Origin: Nemertoderma westbladi
Taxonomy: Eukaryota > Animalia > Xenacoelomorpha
Length of the DNA stretch: 64,000 nucleotides
Direction of reading: 5' to 3'
Assembly (NCBI GenBank): GCA_032718475.1
Contig: JAUCBJ010003721.1
Coordinates: forward strand, 62,001 to 126,000
Notes under the pieces: model-generated
Told to the model about the DNA's origin: nothing
Databases searched by the model: none
Seen by the model: only the letters and a program-made list of their open reading frames with translations
Position numbers and translations under genes: made by a program
In this document: piece by piece, positions 27,087-39,905 of the stretch
Position numbering within the stretch: position 1 is the first letter of the stretch
Layout: each line of letters opens with the position of its first letter

Positions 27087-27668
27087 GTAGGTGAAACTGC
27101 TTAAATTACTAGAAAATAATATCCTCCCTTGCCCACAGTAGTGCCCGGACAACCGTGACCGAGGCTCGTATCGCCACTCGATTCCCTAAACCTATACCCT
27201 CCCCTGAGGTGGGAGACAAGTTTAGTTTATATTGAAAACTATCGCGAGTTAAAAAAAAAATCACGAGTACAAATTTCACGAGTTTAAAAATATTGAGAAT
27301 AAAAAATATCGAGAGTAAAAATATCACGAGAAAAAATATCGCCAGTAGAATATCGCTTCTAGTAGGCCCCACGCAAATTCTACTTGGAAAATTTCCAAAC
27401 TTTTGACAGACCATACACCAAGTTTGGTTAAATTTGATTGTTATTAACTTTCAAATATTCGGATCGACAGAACGATAGGTTGATTAAATGGTTAATGATT
27501 ACAAGGATAATGATTAATGGTACCCCTCACCAAGGCTCACCTTACATCGTGTCTAGCCAGACAAAAGCCTATGTTGGCTGTTGGCCACCACGCCATGACA
27601 TTAAAATTCGTGTGAAGAATACCGGTAATAATTTAAGTATTTGTATGTTTACCGCTTGCTTGACACCT

Positions 27669-29609
27669 GGGCTTGGTATTCATGAAGCGGTGTTAAGTTC
27701 AGAGCTATTTTGATTGATACCGAAACTGATGTGGTCTACAGTATTAGTAGTAGTGATTAGGGATGTCCCGGAATTCCGTTCCGGCCGGAATTCCGGCGGT
27801 TTTTGCCCGATTCCGGTTCCGGCCGGAATTGCCGGAATGGGGTCAATTCCGGCCGGAATTTTACCGGAATTACAAGGTTCATATCTAGATTAATAGCTGC
27901 AATTAGTTTGTTAAAATATTATCAAAATTTATATATTTTTTAAACATTATTACCAATTAGTTTAAGATACTTTTCAACGCTTGCAAAAAAGTATAGAAAT
28001 AAAGTTTTCTTCGACCGTTAGAGCTAATATTTAAAGATGCAAGGCATAGATGCCCCCTGGTTAGCCCCTTCAAACCATTCGTGCCGAATCGAAAACTGCC
28101 TTGGCCCACATACAGGGATCGAACCCACGACCTCCAGATAGATTGGAAATCAATGCAACCACTACACCAAGGTGGAACCTAACTAACCTATGTATCGAGG
28201 AAAAATTCACAGCCACCCTTTTTAGTTTATTAATCACAGTAACCAATCACAGGCCTCTTGCCGGATATAACACATGAGCCATGTCCATGTGTCAAAAGAT
28301 GGAACATGGGACATAATCACTTTCGACTCATAGGTCGTAAATTACGATTTACCAGAGGAGACGCTCCCATTGAAACCAATGTGTTCCATAATTTATTCTG
28401 ACTAAGACTACATAAGACTTACCAGTGGAGCACGGGCCTTCACGAGTGGTTTTTCCAACTTGCTTATAAAATGGCGTTTTTCAGATTGATTTTACATTAT
28501 TTAACATTGATCTTACAATATTTTACATTGAATTTAAATTATTTTACATTGATTTTATATTATTTTACTTTGCATTAATTATTAAATAATATGATAATTA
28601 CAGGAGGCTAAATAAATTGCTAACCTTCTAAAGTTAGCAATGAAACTCGATTAACGATTAACACAATTACAATTACTACTTTAACCTAAAACTAATATAA
28701 ATATAAAACGTTATTACACAGGTCCTGAGAGTGGTCGTTAGTTCAGTCCTGCGTCGTAGGTGCTGCATAATATAGTAGTTTTATTTATATTTACAGCAAA
28801 TCCATTTCTTATCATAAATCTATTTATTCCCAGCAATAATTAACTGTAACATGTACTATTTGCCTCGTTTATTGTTTTGGTTCGAATAACATGTCACTGT
28901 AACATGCTCCTTTCCCTTAAAGACACCAGGATATTGCACCAAAGGACCTAATGACGCGAAACCATAGGTTTTGGGTTAACTTAGTGTAGATTTTTAGGTA
29001 TGAGTCTAAAGGCTAAAAACTTCGATTTTAGAAAAAAAAATATATTGAATAATGCCGAAGTACCACCCAGTCCCCATAATAGGCCATAACGGGCCAGGCC
29101 ATTCTCTACTCCACTCACCTTAATTGTAATTCCCCCCAAGGTTGTGATTCATCTCATTATCAAACTTGGCTTTAGAGATTAAAAAAATTCATTTGTTTCA
29201 CAAAAAATTATAATATTTCCTGGGTATTTCACTAATTATAGAAAATTCCGGTTCCGGCCGGAATTCCGGCCGGAATATTCCGGCATGTTGAATTCCGGTT
29301 CCGGTTCCGGCCGGAATCAAAATATCGATTCCGGGACATCCCTAGTAGTGATGTGTAGGTCTAAATCAGTACTGTGCCAATTTGCCCAGTACTGTATCCG
29401 AAGCTCAACCCTATCGGTGCAACGATGAACTGAAAGTATTATTAGTACCGGTGACACTTATAGGCCAAAAGATCATGTATACTTATCAGGGTATTAGCTA
29501 GTACCGGGACTATCAGACTTAATGAATACCATTCTAACTCGGTGCTACATAGCGCTAACGCTAAACATTTCTCCGAACTTTGGACTTAGTTCGGTACTAA
29601 CTTAGCACT
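27669..29609. mobile_element. Older MITE split by the hAT insertion
   Basis: Imperfect TIRs CATGAAGCGGTGTTAAGTT / AACTTAGCACTGCTTCATG flank the hAT element. Confidence 0.55.
27758..29344 (+). mobile_element. Complete hAT-type non-autonomous element (1587 bp)
   Basis: TIRs TAGGGATGTCCCGGAAT / ATTCCGGGACATCCCTA; 8-bp TSD GTAGTGAT at 27750-27757 and 29345-29352; subterminal CCGGAAT repeats. Confidence 0.92.
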
Positions 29610-29925
29610 GCTTCATGGAGTTCCAGTCCATAATCATATGATATAATTTCGCCCACTTTCTCTATTCTCCATTTCTCACTAACCTTTGGAACAATATCTA
29701 CCAGTTGCTGTTACCTGCTATTAGGTATCAACACCCCCCCCCCCCCCCCAGTCTCGCCAACTTCGCTCATCAACCAACCCTAAGCAGAACCAATTTAAGA
29801 GACGTGTTCCTTGTGACTATTAGTTTAAGGGGCGTTGAGTGACACTGTGAATATGGGTACGGGACTTGACCTAATTAGGTCCCGGTCCATCAATAGTTAC
29901 CGCTAAAAAACTGCAACAATTAATA

Positions 29926-30800
29926 TTGGACGGATCCAAATTGTTGGACGGATCCAAGTTATTGGACGGATCCAAGTTGGATGTTGGACGGATCCAAGTT
30001 GGATGTTGGACGGATCCAAGTTGGATGTCCTAATTTCTCACACGTGTTTGTGGGCCCATGTGAAGAATACCAGACTTTCTGCCGTTATATTTCACTTTGC
30101 AGTTACCCCCATATGAAGAATACCAGGTTTTCACCAAAAACACAGGTTACAGAAGGGCTTAATCTAACCAAAACAATAAACGAATTAGTATATGTACAGG
30201 TTATAAGACAGAAATAAGCGCTATAAAACACTTAATAAAGTTAAATAAAAAAAAATAAAAAAAATTCCTATATTAAATTCCAATAAAAAGTCGACCGAAA
30301 AGTGAAATCCTGGTATTCTTCACATCCGGGCGTGTTTGTGTGTTTGTACACACAACTTCTTGCACTTAATGTTGATGGAATTTGATGAAACTTCGATGCT
30401 AGGTTCATTATCGGACCTAGTTGTGTATGCAAGGTTTTGGTGTCGGGGGATCTGTTGGTTGCCTAGCAACAGTGAAATTAATTCTAGAAAGAGCGATAAT
30501 AATCATAGAATTCAATTAATGAAAATTATGTCGACACCTCATAGGGAGCATCTTGGACATGCCTTCTGCAAAATTTCGCTTTATTTCGTTTAGAATTGCA
30601 GATACATTTCCTACTGACAGTGTTTTTTTTAACCTACAATACTATATATACTTATACTACTATATATATTCTATATTATAATATTGCCCAATGTTTCGTT
30701 TTTCGTTATTAGGCTTCCCTGCATAGGCGCATCATTTATTACAGCAATATTGATAGCAATGGATCAGTCCATATTGCAAGCTTTCGGCTGGCAAGCTTGT
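29926..30800 (+). mobile_element. Helentron/HINE-like element, copy 2, with 5 satellite monomers at its 5' end
   Basis: 5 x TTGGACGGATCCAA(G/A)TT at 29926-30030; matching 3' subterminal inverted repeat TGGATCAGTCCATAT at 30760-30774, followed by a hairpin and CTTGT. Confidence 0.78.
30053..30330. mobile_element. Mutator-like MITE inserted in HINE copy 2
   Basis: TIR core ATGTGAAGAATACCAG / CTGGTATTCTTCACAT; 9-10 bp TSD CGTGTTTGTG at 30043-30052 and 30331-30340. Confidence 0.75.
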
Positions 30801-31063
30801 GGTATTATTTGCAACTTAGTACTGAACTACTGAAGTATCTTATTATTTAATTTGTAATTTAATCACTGCTATAAATTATAGCAGCGAAAAAATTGAAAAA
30901 TATATTGAGATCAAACATTAAGCACTGCTATTTTTTTCTTAATTTTGCAAATAAACGAAATGTGCTTAATTTTTTCAGCAACTATTCAGTTTTAGTTGTA
31001 GCAAATATTCACGAGCAATACTTATGTTTAGCAACAATTAACCAAAATGTGTTTTTATTTTAG

Positions 31064-31326
31064 CAAATATAAAATGCAGAGGCGGGTTGTGCTCCGGTAT
31101 CAACAGCTGGATCAACTCATATTTACTGACAGCGAGGATATTAAAATATTCGATGTCGTCCGATTTCAAATACATCGGGGAAGACGGTAAAGAAGCCAAC
31201 GCACAACTACAGGTACTATTAGCTGCCGCAATGCAGAACAAAATGAACGCCAGACAAATAGCGGAGAGGTTAAAAGAAATAAACGAGTCACAACGAGAGT
31301 ACAAGTTAAACCGAGTCGTAATCTAG
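31064..31326 (+). CDS. PKDCC: PKDCC/VLK-like kinase, exon 3 (last coding exon)
   Basis: TTTTTATTTTAG acceptor in matching phase; NIKCRGGLCSGINSWINSY (cf. PKDCC C...GWCEGMNEKRNLY); TAG stop; spliced CDS 1131 nt = 376 aa. Confidence 0.78.
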
Positions 31327-31662
31327 CTCATTGATAATGAACCGGTGCAATTTAATACATCATCAAAATAAATTTAAAATGCCACACAAACTGCCATATC
31401 TACTAATTTAATTAAATTTTACACTTCCGAGGTGAGCTGTTGAGGTGATTGAGACTCTATCAAATTTATTGATTAGTTTATATAAAATTATAATAAGAGT
31501 AATCAGGCCATTATTAGAGATTCTAGATATCGTATGCAAATTGATGGCCAGTGTTATTCAATCGGACAACTACGGTTAACTGAATGACTGTCGCAGTATA
31601 ATTCTACCGGTAGTCCTAGACGTTACAATACCGGTAAAGGTAAACATAACGACGCAGCCCTG

Positions 31663-34600
31663 AGCTAGCTACCACGGTTCCAAGGCTAGCTACCACGGTC
31701 CCCCGGCTAGCTACCACAGTCCCCCAGCTAGCTACCACGGCTCCCCAGGTAGCTACCACGGTGCCCCAGCTAGCTACAACGGTCCCCCAGCTAGCTACCA
31801 CGGTCCCCCACCTAGCTACCACGGCTCCCCAGCTAGCTACCACGGTTCCCCAGCTAGCTACCACGGTATCCCAGCTAGCTACCACGATCCCCAGCTAGCT
31901 ACCACGGTCCCCCAGCTAGCTACCACGGTCCCCCAGCTAGCTACCACGATCCCCCAGCTAGCTACCACGGCTCCCCAGCTAGCTACCACGGTTCCCCAGC
32001 TAGCTACCACGGTCCCCCAGCTAGCTACCACGGCCCCCCAGCTAGTTACCACGGTCCCCCAGCTAGCTACCACGGTCCCCCGGCTAGCTACCACGATCCC
32101 CAGCTAGCTACCACGGTTCCCCAGCTAGTTACCACGGTTCCCCAGCTAGCTACCACGGTTCCGCAGCTAGCTACCACGGTCCCCGTACTAGCTACCACTG
32201 TCCCCGTGCTAGCTACCACTGTCCCTCAGCTAGCTACCACCGTCCCCGAGCTAGCTACCACGAACCCCCAGTTAGCTACCACGATCCCCCGAGCTAGCTA
32301 CCACGGTCCCCCAGCTAGCTACCACGGTTCCCCAGCCAGCTACCACAGTCCCCGAGCTAGCTACCACGGTCTCCCAGCTAGCTACCACGATCCCCAGCTT
32401 GCTACCACGGTCTCCCAGCTAGCTACCACGATCCCCAGCTAGCTACCACGGTCCCCCAGCTAGCTACCACGGTCCCCCAGCTAGCTACCACGGTCCCCCA
32501 GCTGGCTACCACGGTCCCCGAGCTAGCTACCACGGTCCCCCAGCTAGCTACCATGAACCCCAGCTAACTACCACGTTCCCCAGCTAGCTACCACGGTCCC
32601 CGAGCTAGCTACCACGGCCCCCCGAGCTAGCTACCACGGTGCCCGAGATAGCTACCACGGTCCCCGAGCTAGCTACCATGGTCCCCGAGCTAGCTACCAC
32701 GGTCCCCGAGCTAGCTACCACGCCCCCCCCCCCCCCCCCCCCCGCTAGCTACCATGAACCCCAGCTAACTACCATGAACCCCAGCTAACTACCACGGTGC
32801 CCCAGCTAGCTACCACGGTCCCCCAGCTAGCTACCACGACCCCCCAGCTAGCTACCACGGCCCCCCGAGCTAACTACCACGGTGCCCGAGCTAGCTACCA
32901 CGGTGCCCGAGATAGCTACCACGGTGCCCGAGCTAGCTACCACGGTCCCCCAGCTAGCTACCACGGTCCCCCAGCTAGCTACCACGGTCCCCGAGCTAGC
33001 TACCACGGTCCCCCAGCTAGATACCACGACCCCCCAGCTAGCTACCACGGCCCCCGAGCTAGCTACCACGGCCCCCCGAACTAGCTACCACGGTGCCCGA
33101 GATAGCTACCACGGTCCCCGAGCTAGCTACCATGGTCCCCGAGCTAGCTACCACGGTCCCCGAGCTAGCTACCACGCCCCCCCCCCCCGCTAGCTACCAT
33201 GAACCCCAGCTAACTACCATGAACCCCAGCTAACTACCACGGTGCCCCAGCTAGCTACCACGGTCCCCCAGCTAGCTACCACGACCCCCCAGCTAGCTAC
33301 CACGCCCCCCCGAGCTAACTACCACGGTCCCCGAGCTAGCTACCACGGTGCCCGAGCTAGCTACCACTGTCCCTCAGCTAGCTACCACGGTCCCCCAGCT
33401 AGCTACCACGACCCCCCCCCCCCCCCCCAGCTAGCTACCACGGCCCCCCGAGCTAACTACCACGGTGCCCGAGCTAGCTACCACGGTGCCCGAGATAGCT
33501 ACCACGGTGCCCGAGCTAGCTACCACGGTCCCCCAGCTAGCTACCACGGTCCCCCAGCTAGCTACCACGGTCCCCGAGCTAGCTACCACGGTCCCCCAGC
33601 TGGATACCACGACCCCCCAGCTAGCTACCACGGCCCCCCAGCTAGCTACCACGGTCCCCCAGCTAGCTACCACGACCCCCCAGCTAGCTACCACGGTCCC
33701 CGAGCTAGCTACCACGGTCCCCCAGCTAGCTACCACGGTCCCCCGGCTAGCTACCACGGTGCCCGAGCTAGCTACCACCGTCCCCCAGCTAGCTACCACG
33801 ACCCCCCAGCTAGCTACCACGGTCCCCCCAGCTAGCTACCACGGTCCCCGAGCTAGCTACCACGGTGCCCGAGCTAGCTACCACCGTCCCACGGCTAGCT
33901 TCCACGACCCCCCGAGCTAGCTACCACGGTCCCCCAGCTAGCTACCACGGTCCCCCGGCTAGCTACCACGGTGCCCGAGCTAGCTACCACGACCCCCCAG
34001 CTAGCTACCACGGTCCCCCCAGCTAGCTACCACGGTCCCCGAGCTAGCTACCACGGTGCCCGAGCTAGCTACCACGGTCCCACGGCTAGCTTCCACGACC
34101 CCCCCGAGCTAGCTACCACGGCCCCCCGAGCTAGCTACCACGGTCCCCGAGCTAGCTACCACGGTCCCCCGGCTAGCTACCACGGTGCCCGAGCTAGCTA
34201 CCACGGTCCCCCAGCTAGCTACCACGGCCCCCCGAGCTAGTTACCACGGCCCCCCGAGCTAGTTACCACGGCCCCCCGAGCTAGCTACCACGGCCCCCCG
34301 AGCTAGCTACCACGACCCCCGAGCTAGCTACCACGGTCCCCCAGCTAGCTACCACGGCCCCCCGAGCTAGCTACCACGGCCCCCCGAGCTAGCTACCACG
34401 GTGCCCGAGCTAGCTACCACTGTCCCTCAGCTAGCTACCACGGTCCCCCAGCTAGCTACCACGGTCCCCCAGCTAGCTACCACGGTCCCCCGGCTAGCTA
34501 CCACGATGCCCGAGCTAGCTACCACGGTCCCCCAGCTAGCTACCACGGTCCCCCGGCTAGCTACCACGATGCCCGAGCTAGCTACCACGGTCCCCCAGCT

Positions 34601-35057
34601 AGCCAACACGACCCCCCAGCTAGCTACCACGGCCCCCCGAGTTAGCTACCACGGTCCCCGAGCTAGCTACCACGGTCCCCCAGTTAGCTACCACGGTTCC
34701 CCAGCTAGCTACCACGGTCCCCGGGCTAGCTACCACGGCCCCCCAGCTAGCTACTATGAACCCCAGCTAACTACCATGAACCCCAGCTAACTACCACGGT
34801 GCCCGAGCTAGCTACCACGGTCCCCAGGCTAGCTACCACGACCCCCCAGCTAGCTACCACGGTCCCCCAGCTAGCTACCACGGCCCCCTGAGCTAGCTAC
34901 CACGGCCCCCGAGCGAGCTACCACGGTGCCCAAGCTAGCTACCACGGTCCCGAGCTAGCTACCACGGTCCCCCAGCTAGCTTCCACGGTCCCCCAGCTAG
35001 CTACCACTATCCCTCACGCCCCAGCTAGCTACCACGGTGCCCGACCTAGCTACCACG
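31663..35057. repeat. 3.4-kb GC-rich minisatellite, ~20-22 bp unit AGCTAGCTACCACGGTCCCCC
   Basis: About 160 tandem units with NheI sites and a variable C-run; internal block duplication 32743/33188. Confidence 0.98.
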
Positions 35058-35345
35058 TTCAGTACTTTTATTGACGCCTATTAGTTGTTACCTGATCTAT
35101 CACTTATTTCCCCGCCCTAGTATTATATAAGCAAAGCATCAGAGCCTTGTTAAAAAAATGGTGACGAATATGATGTACGGGTAGCATGTAATATTACATT
35201 GAATCCTCTTAAATATCATTGGGGTTTTTTTTTGCCATATAAATTTCTTCATTTTTGGCCAGTTTTCTGTATATTGCACCTTATATTACTTTTTTATGAA
35301 CTATGATTATGATCGATTTGGTGGGTAATGCGGTAATTAACTTAC

Positions 35346-35506
35346 CAACATTCTTTTCTATTTCTTTAACAGTAAAGCTAGAAGGCGGGAGGGACAGACC
35401 CAAACCATCTTTCTTCTCCATGAGCAGCGGTTTAGTAAATCCGTCCGTCTTTAACAATTCCTCTCGGACATTATTCCCCTTTACTTTACGTAAAATACCT
35501 TCAGCA
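35346..35506 (-). CDS. PHF8: PHF8/KDM7-family protein, coding exon 3
   Basis: CGTAG acceptor; (S)AEGILRKVKG...GFTKPLLMEKKDGLGLSLPPSSFTVKEIEKNV(G); G|GTAAGT donor, phase 1. Confidence 0.9.
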
Positions 35507-36084
35507 CTACGCGGAAAATATATAGAATTATGTGGCGGTATTGGAAGAGGGAGAACAAAAGTAAAATAGAAATATGAAAGATGAAATATGAAAACCTGGT
35601 GCACTGTAGGCAACTAGGCGAAAGGTCTGTCGAAAATTACTCGGGATTCAAACAATTGCAATAATTTGATTGAAACTGTAGTCTCGCAATCTGGGGGCCT
35701 ATTTGATATCCAGGAAGACCCCCAACCACCACCCCTAAGACCAGCCGCACAGTAAATTAATCCTGTTTTCTTGCACCAGCGCGCCTTCTTATTTAACTAA
35801 TCATTATTCAATGTCTATTTTATTTTAAAATATATATAATTATTTTAATTCCATTCTTTGATTGGTTGACTGACTTGTAACCAACAAGCTAACACAGATA
35901 ATTTTGATAAAATAACGTGATAATAGTATTAATAGGCCTAATAATAACTATTAGGCCAAATTTTATCAATAAAATTGGTATAAACGTGAAATTATGGAAA
36001 TATTTAATTTTTAACCCTCATGTATCATCATCAGTACCGGGTACCGCATGTATGTATATTTAAACAAAAAGTGGATAGAAATAC

Positions 36085-36285
36085 CTTGGGAAGGTTCTGT
36101 TCCTGAGTTCCTTAATAAAGGTCGCCGTACCGCATTGAACCGGGGAGGAACCATCTGGTTCCGAGTAATCGTGTCTGTGGGAGTTCCGATGTACTTTATA
36201 CGACGACTGACCGAACTTAGGCGAACATTTTGGGCAGTGGTAATTCTCTATATCCTGGGCTTCGTGCTCCTTTAAACCAACACAA
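36085..36285 (-). CDS. PHF8: PHF8/KDM7-family protein, coding exon 2
   Basis: TTTGCAG acceptor; (N)CVGLKEHEAQDIENYHCPKC...RHDYSE...VQCGTATFIKELRNRTFP; AG|GTATTT donor; phase 2 to 2, compatible with neighbours. Confidence 0.92.
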
Positions 36286-36644
36286 CTGCAAATAAAGTTT
36301 AATGGTACACAAAAAAACAAGGGTAACATAATATATGCCTACCCAACAGAAGGCTTATGCGGTATAGTATAGTGGGATATATTTTTTCGCCTACGCCCGT
36401 TAACAATTAAAATTTTTGTACAACTTGACGATAGGTGGATCATTGTTATCTGATTAAAGCTTTCGGACACTGAAAACGTGTCCTAGTCAATGATCAAAAA
36501 TCTAGTCAATGTATAATATTTTAGCAGGGGGGGGGGGGGGGGGGGGGGTGGTCGTTCTACAATGAGGATGGGGAGTTTTAACTTACGACTCCGACAGGTG
36601 TTTATGTTTAACTAGTTTTTGACTAGTGTGTAACTCAAACTCAC

Positions 36645-36739
36645 TTTCCGTGAAACCAATCCTTGCAATGGTCGCATTCTATCATAAACCGCGATGCGTC
36701 GTACGGCTCACTGCACAAACAATATACAGGCTCCGTCAT
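36645..36739 (-). CDS. PHF8: PHF8/KDM7-family PHD-JmjC protein, coding exon 1 (PHD finger N-half)
   Basis: ATG at 36739; translates [31 protein letters not shown], matching the PHF8/KDM7A/PHF2 N-terminal PHD finger; GTGAGT donor, phase 2. Confidence 0.92.
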
Positions 36740-37341
36740 CCTTATAGTGTTTCAGCAGTCTCGGGTTTAGGGTTAAACAAACATGTAACGGTAACCAATA
36801 CTGCAACTCCAACAGTAAACCGGGCAACAGGGGGTAATTAATGATTGCAGCATTGAAAATGTACGGGATTGCGAACGGTAGCGGGTATATATCTGTAGGG
36901 TACTCGCTGACAGGGTGATTTGTAACGGTTGACGTGAAACGTCAGCAGTTTGGACGTAATCAAGCAGCCGATGTCTTCATTATTCAGATTACATACAGAC
37001 AATAGAGGGTCTCATCTCAAACAGTCCAGCAGTCATATTGTCAGATACAATGTTCGTGGATCGTGGGGAGGTGTCTCAGTCTAAGCTCTGAAGCCTATGA
37101 CTGTATGAAGGCATGTAATTTCAGAATTTATCACATGACAGCATGACTACAGTGTACCGTGCTCGTGCAGGGAACAAATCTCTGAATCTGGCTGTCTGGC
37201 ATCTGGATCTGGTCACGTTTCAAGTACCGGTACGCCTATCGCAGTACAGACTGACAGACAGCAGTACCGGTATCTACTACCCGACAGACTGACTAAACCG
37301 GTGTAGGTAGACTGGTAGAGCAGGCAATGAAAATACAATAC

Positions 37342-37787
37342 CAGTCAGGAACACTGGTCACAATATGTCTAATTTACAGCCAGAATGTGTCCGCGGAAAA
37401 CGCTCTCAGAGTGAAATTTCCCCATAGAAAACAATGCTAAATTTCATTTGAAAACCGGCAGTGAAATTTTAACATTGGCATTTTAAAAATTATGCCATTA
37501 GAATCGCCATAAAATTCTGTATAGGCCTACCGGTAAATTAATTTGAGAATTAGAATCTCATCATTGGGATAACTATCATAATATTAAAAATAAAAATGTG
37601 CCCAGCTTCTGCTTTTGAGTAGGCCCTACTAGTGGAGTTACAGCCAAAATATGTCCGGAAATATAATCGCAGCCTGTGAAGGACTGAAGGACAAATAGTG
37701 GCTGCACGGACACTTTCTGGCTGTAAATATGTGGACAATTTTTGGCTGAGCTTCAGCCAGAAAGTGACCAGTGTTCTTTCCTAACTG
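37342..37787. mobile_element. MITE (Tc1/mariner-like CAGT ends), copy 1
   Basis: TIR CAGTCAGGAACACTGGTCAC / GTGACCAGTGTTC..CTAACTG; near-identical to 38512-38956. Confidence 0.85.
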
Positions 37788-38511
37788 AATACAGCAATAG
37801 GCTGATAGGCCTACAACCAGACAACAATTGACAAAACACTTCTTGATACAGTTTCAGTACCGGAACCGGTCAGCCGGTGACACTGTCTGACTGTCTACTG
37901 TAACCAGGCAGAACAGGCTAGGCTATTCGCTATTGCAGTATTCTGGCTGTCTGGTATTGAGCTATCCTGCTATTAGCTGATCAGCATCAGGCTGTTGTAT
38001 CCTTGTATGTCAGTTGTCAGTATGTCTGTATGTTCAGATGTTGTAGGGCCTATTGTCTGATTGTCAGATTGTAATAACGACACCGGCCTGTCGCTGTCAG
38101 CCTGTATGGAATCCATCCAAAAAGTGCGCCGGCAGGCCGGATAGCGCGCCGACCGATTTTTATGTGCCGCGCGCTGATGCAATTTCGAAGCAAACCCCAC
38201 GCCAACGAAATTTTTAAGCGCGCCGCACATTGAAACAATTTTGAAGGGCGCCGCGCCAATGCAATTTTGAAGGAGTGTAACCAGTCCGCCGATCTCAGTA
38301 CTCCTGTACGTACCTGTCCCTCTCCCTGTACAGCTGTACGCTGCACAGTCAGACAGTAGTAACCACTAACTAGCTAACAGACTAACCAGGCTGCCAGGTA
38401 ACCATACATGATACATCATACAACTGTAGGGTAAGACGGGGTAAAATCAAAATGGGACAAGTTTGGTATGTTTGGTTCTATAAGCAAGAGGGATTTTCCT
38501 GGATGGATATA

Positions 38512-38956
38512 CAGTCAGGAACACTGGTCACAATATGTCCAATTTACAGCCAGAATGTGTCCGCGGAAAACGCACTCAGAGTGAAATTTCTCCATAGAAA
38601 ACAATGCTAAATTTCATTTGAAATTGGCAGTGAAATTTTAACATTGGCATTCTAAAAATTATGCCATTAGAATCGTCATAAAATTCTGTATAAATTAATT
38701 TGAGAATTAGAATTTCATCGTTGGGATAACTATCTGACTATATACAGATATAATAATATTAAAAATAAAAATGTGCCCAGCTTCTGCTTTGAGTAGGCCT
38801 ACTATTGGAGTTACAGACAAAATATGTCCGGAAATATAATCGCAGCCTGTCTGCCTGTGAAGGACAAATAGTGGCTGCACGGACACTTTCTGGCTGTAAA
38901 TATGTGGACAATTTTTGGCTGAGCTTCAGCCAGAAAGTGACCAGTGTTCCTAACTG
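38512..38956. mobile_element. MITE copy 2, apparently nested in a GGGGTAAAGTGGGACA-type element (~38424-39132)
   Basis: Same TIRs as copy 1; preceded by TA. Confidence 0.85.
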
Positions 38957-39905
38957 ATATAATCAAAGCATATTCTGTACATATGAACTCTGGGCTATCA
39001 GATTGTACCAAAATAACACCCTGCAGCCCTAAGCCTTTGGTTCAGGTGATTTATTTTTAAAAAAGTCGCAGTGTCCCACTTTACCCCGAGTGGGGTAAAG
39101 TGGGACATCCGGGGTAGGCTAAAGTGGGACATGAGGCATTGTTAGTGTTAGTTAGTCAAGTTCAGAAGTTAGATTAAGATTAGGGCCTATGACAGTCTGA
39201 CAGTATGAGTTGAAATAGCAGTATGAGTATGAGTAGGCCTAGTTAAGACCAGCTGACCAGTATGAGCTAGGCAGTAGGGAACATACCCTTAAATAAGCTC
39301 CAAAAGTGGGTTCTTATTTAAGGAAAATGGCTCTTATTTAGGGGTTTTTGGGCCTTTTTTGGATATTTTTTCGACATAATATGCAAGAACTTGTTTCAGG
39401 TAAAAATACCGCATAATTTTATTTCACAATATAAAAGTTGGGTCTTTCTTGAACCTAATGCAAAAAACCAGAAAACATTTCACCGTCCGGTTTTTTTTCT
39501 ACAAGCGTTTTAAAATTGCATCAAAAATACGACCAGTTCCTAAATAAGAGGGATTTTTTAAATTTACCTTATTTAAGACATCGAAATTGTACACATAAAT
39601 ACTAAAAGTCCTTAAATAAGAACTTTTTGACATGGGTTTCATATTTAGGTATACAATTTCATTCCAAAATCTGCATACTCCTTAAATAAATTAAATATTT
39701 CTCATTTCTCATATATTAAATTAAATAAATTAAATTAAATATCCTTATATAATGTCTCTTTTAACCTCGTCTCCCAGCCCCGTCCTCCTTCTGCCCTTAA
39801 CTGCTTATGACAGTTATGACCTCCTAACTGCCTAACCTTTACAGGACATTGCAAGATGCAGAGATAAGGGAGCTTCTGAACTTAATTTGATAGGTGCAAA
39901 AATGC

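Noticed and set aside
31616-34790. Mucin/antifreeze-like ORFs (ATTVPQL repeats)
   Set aside because: Minisatellite translation with frequent frameshifts from C-run length changes
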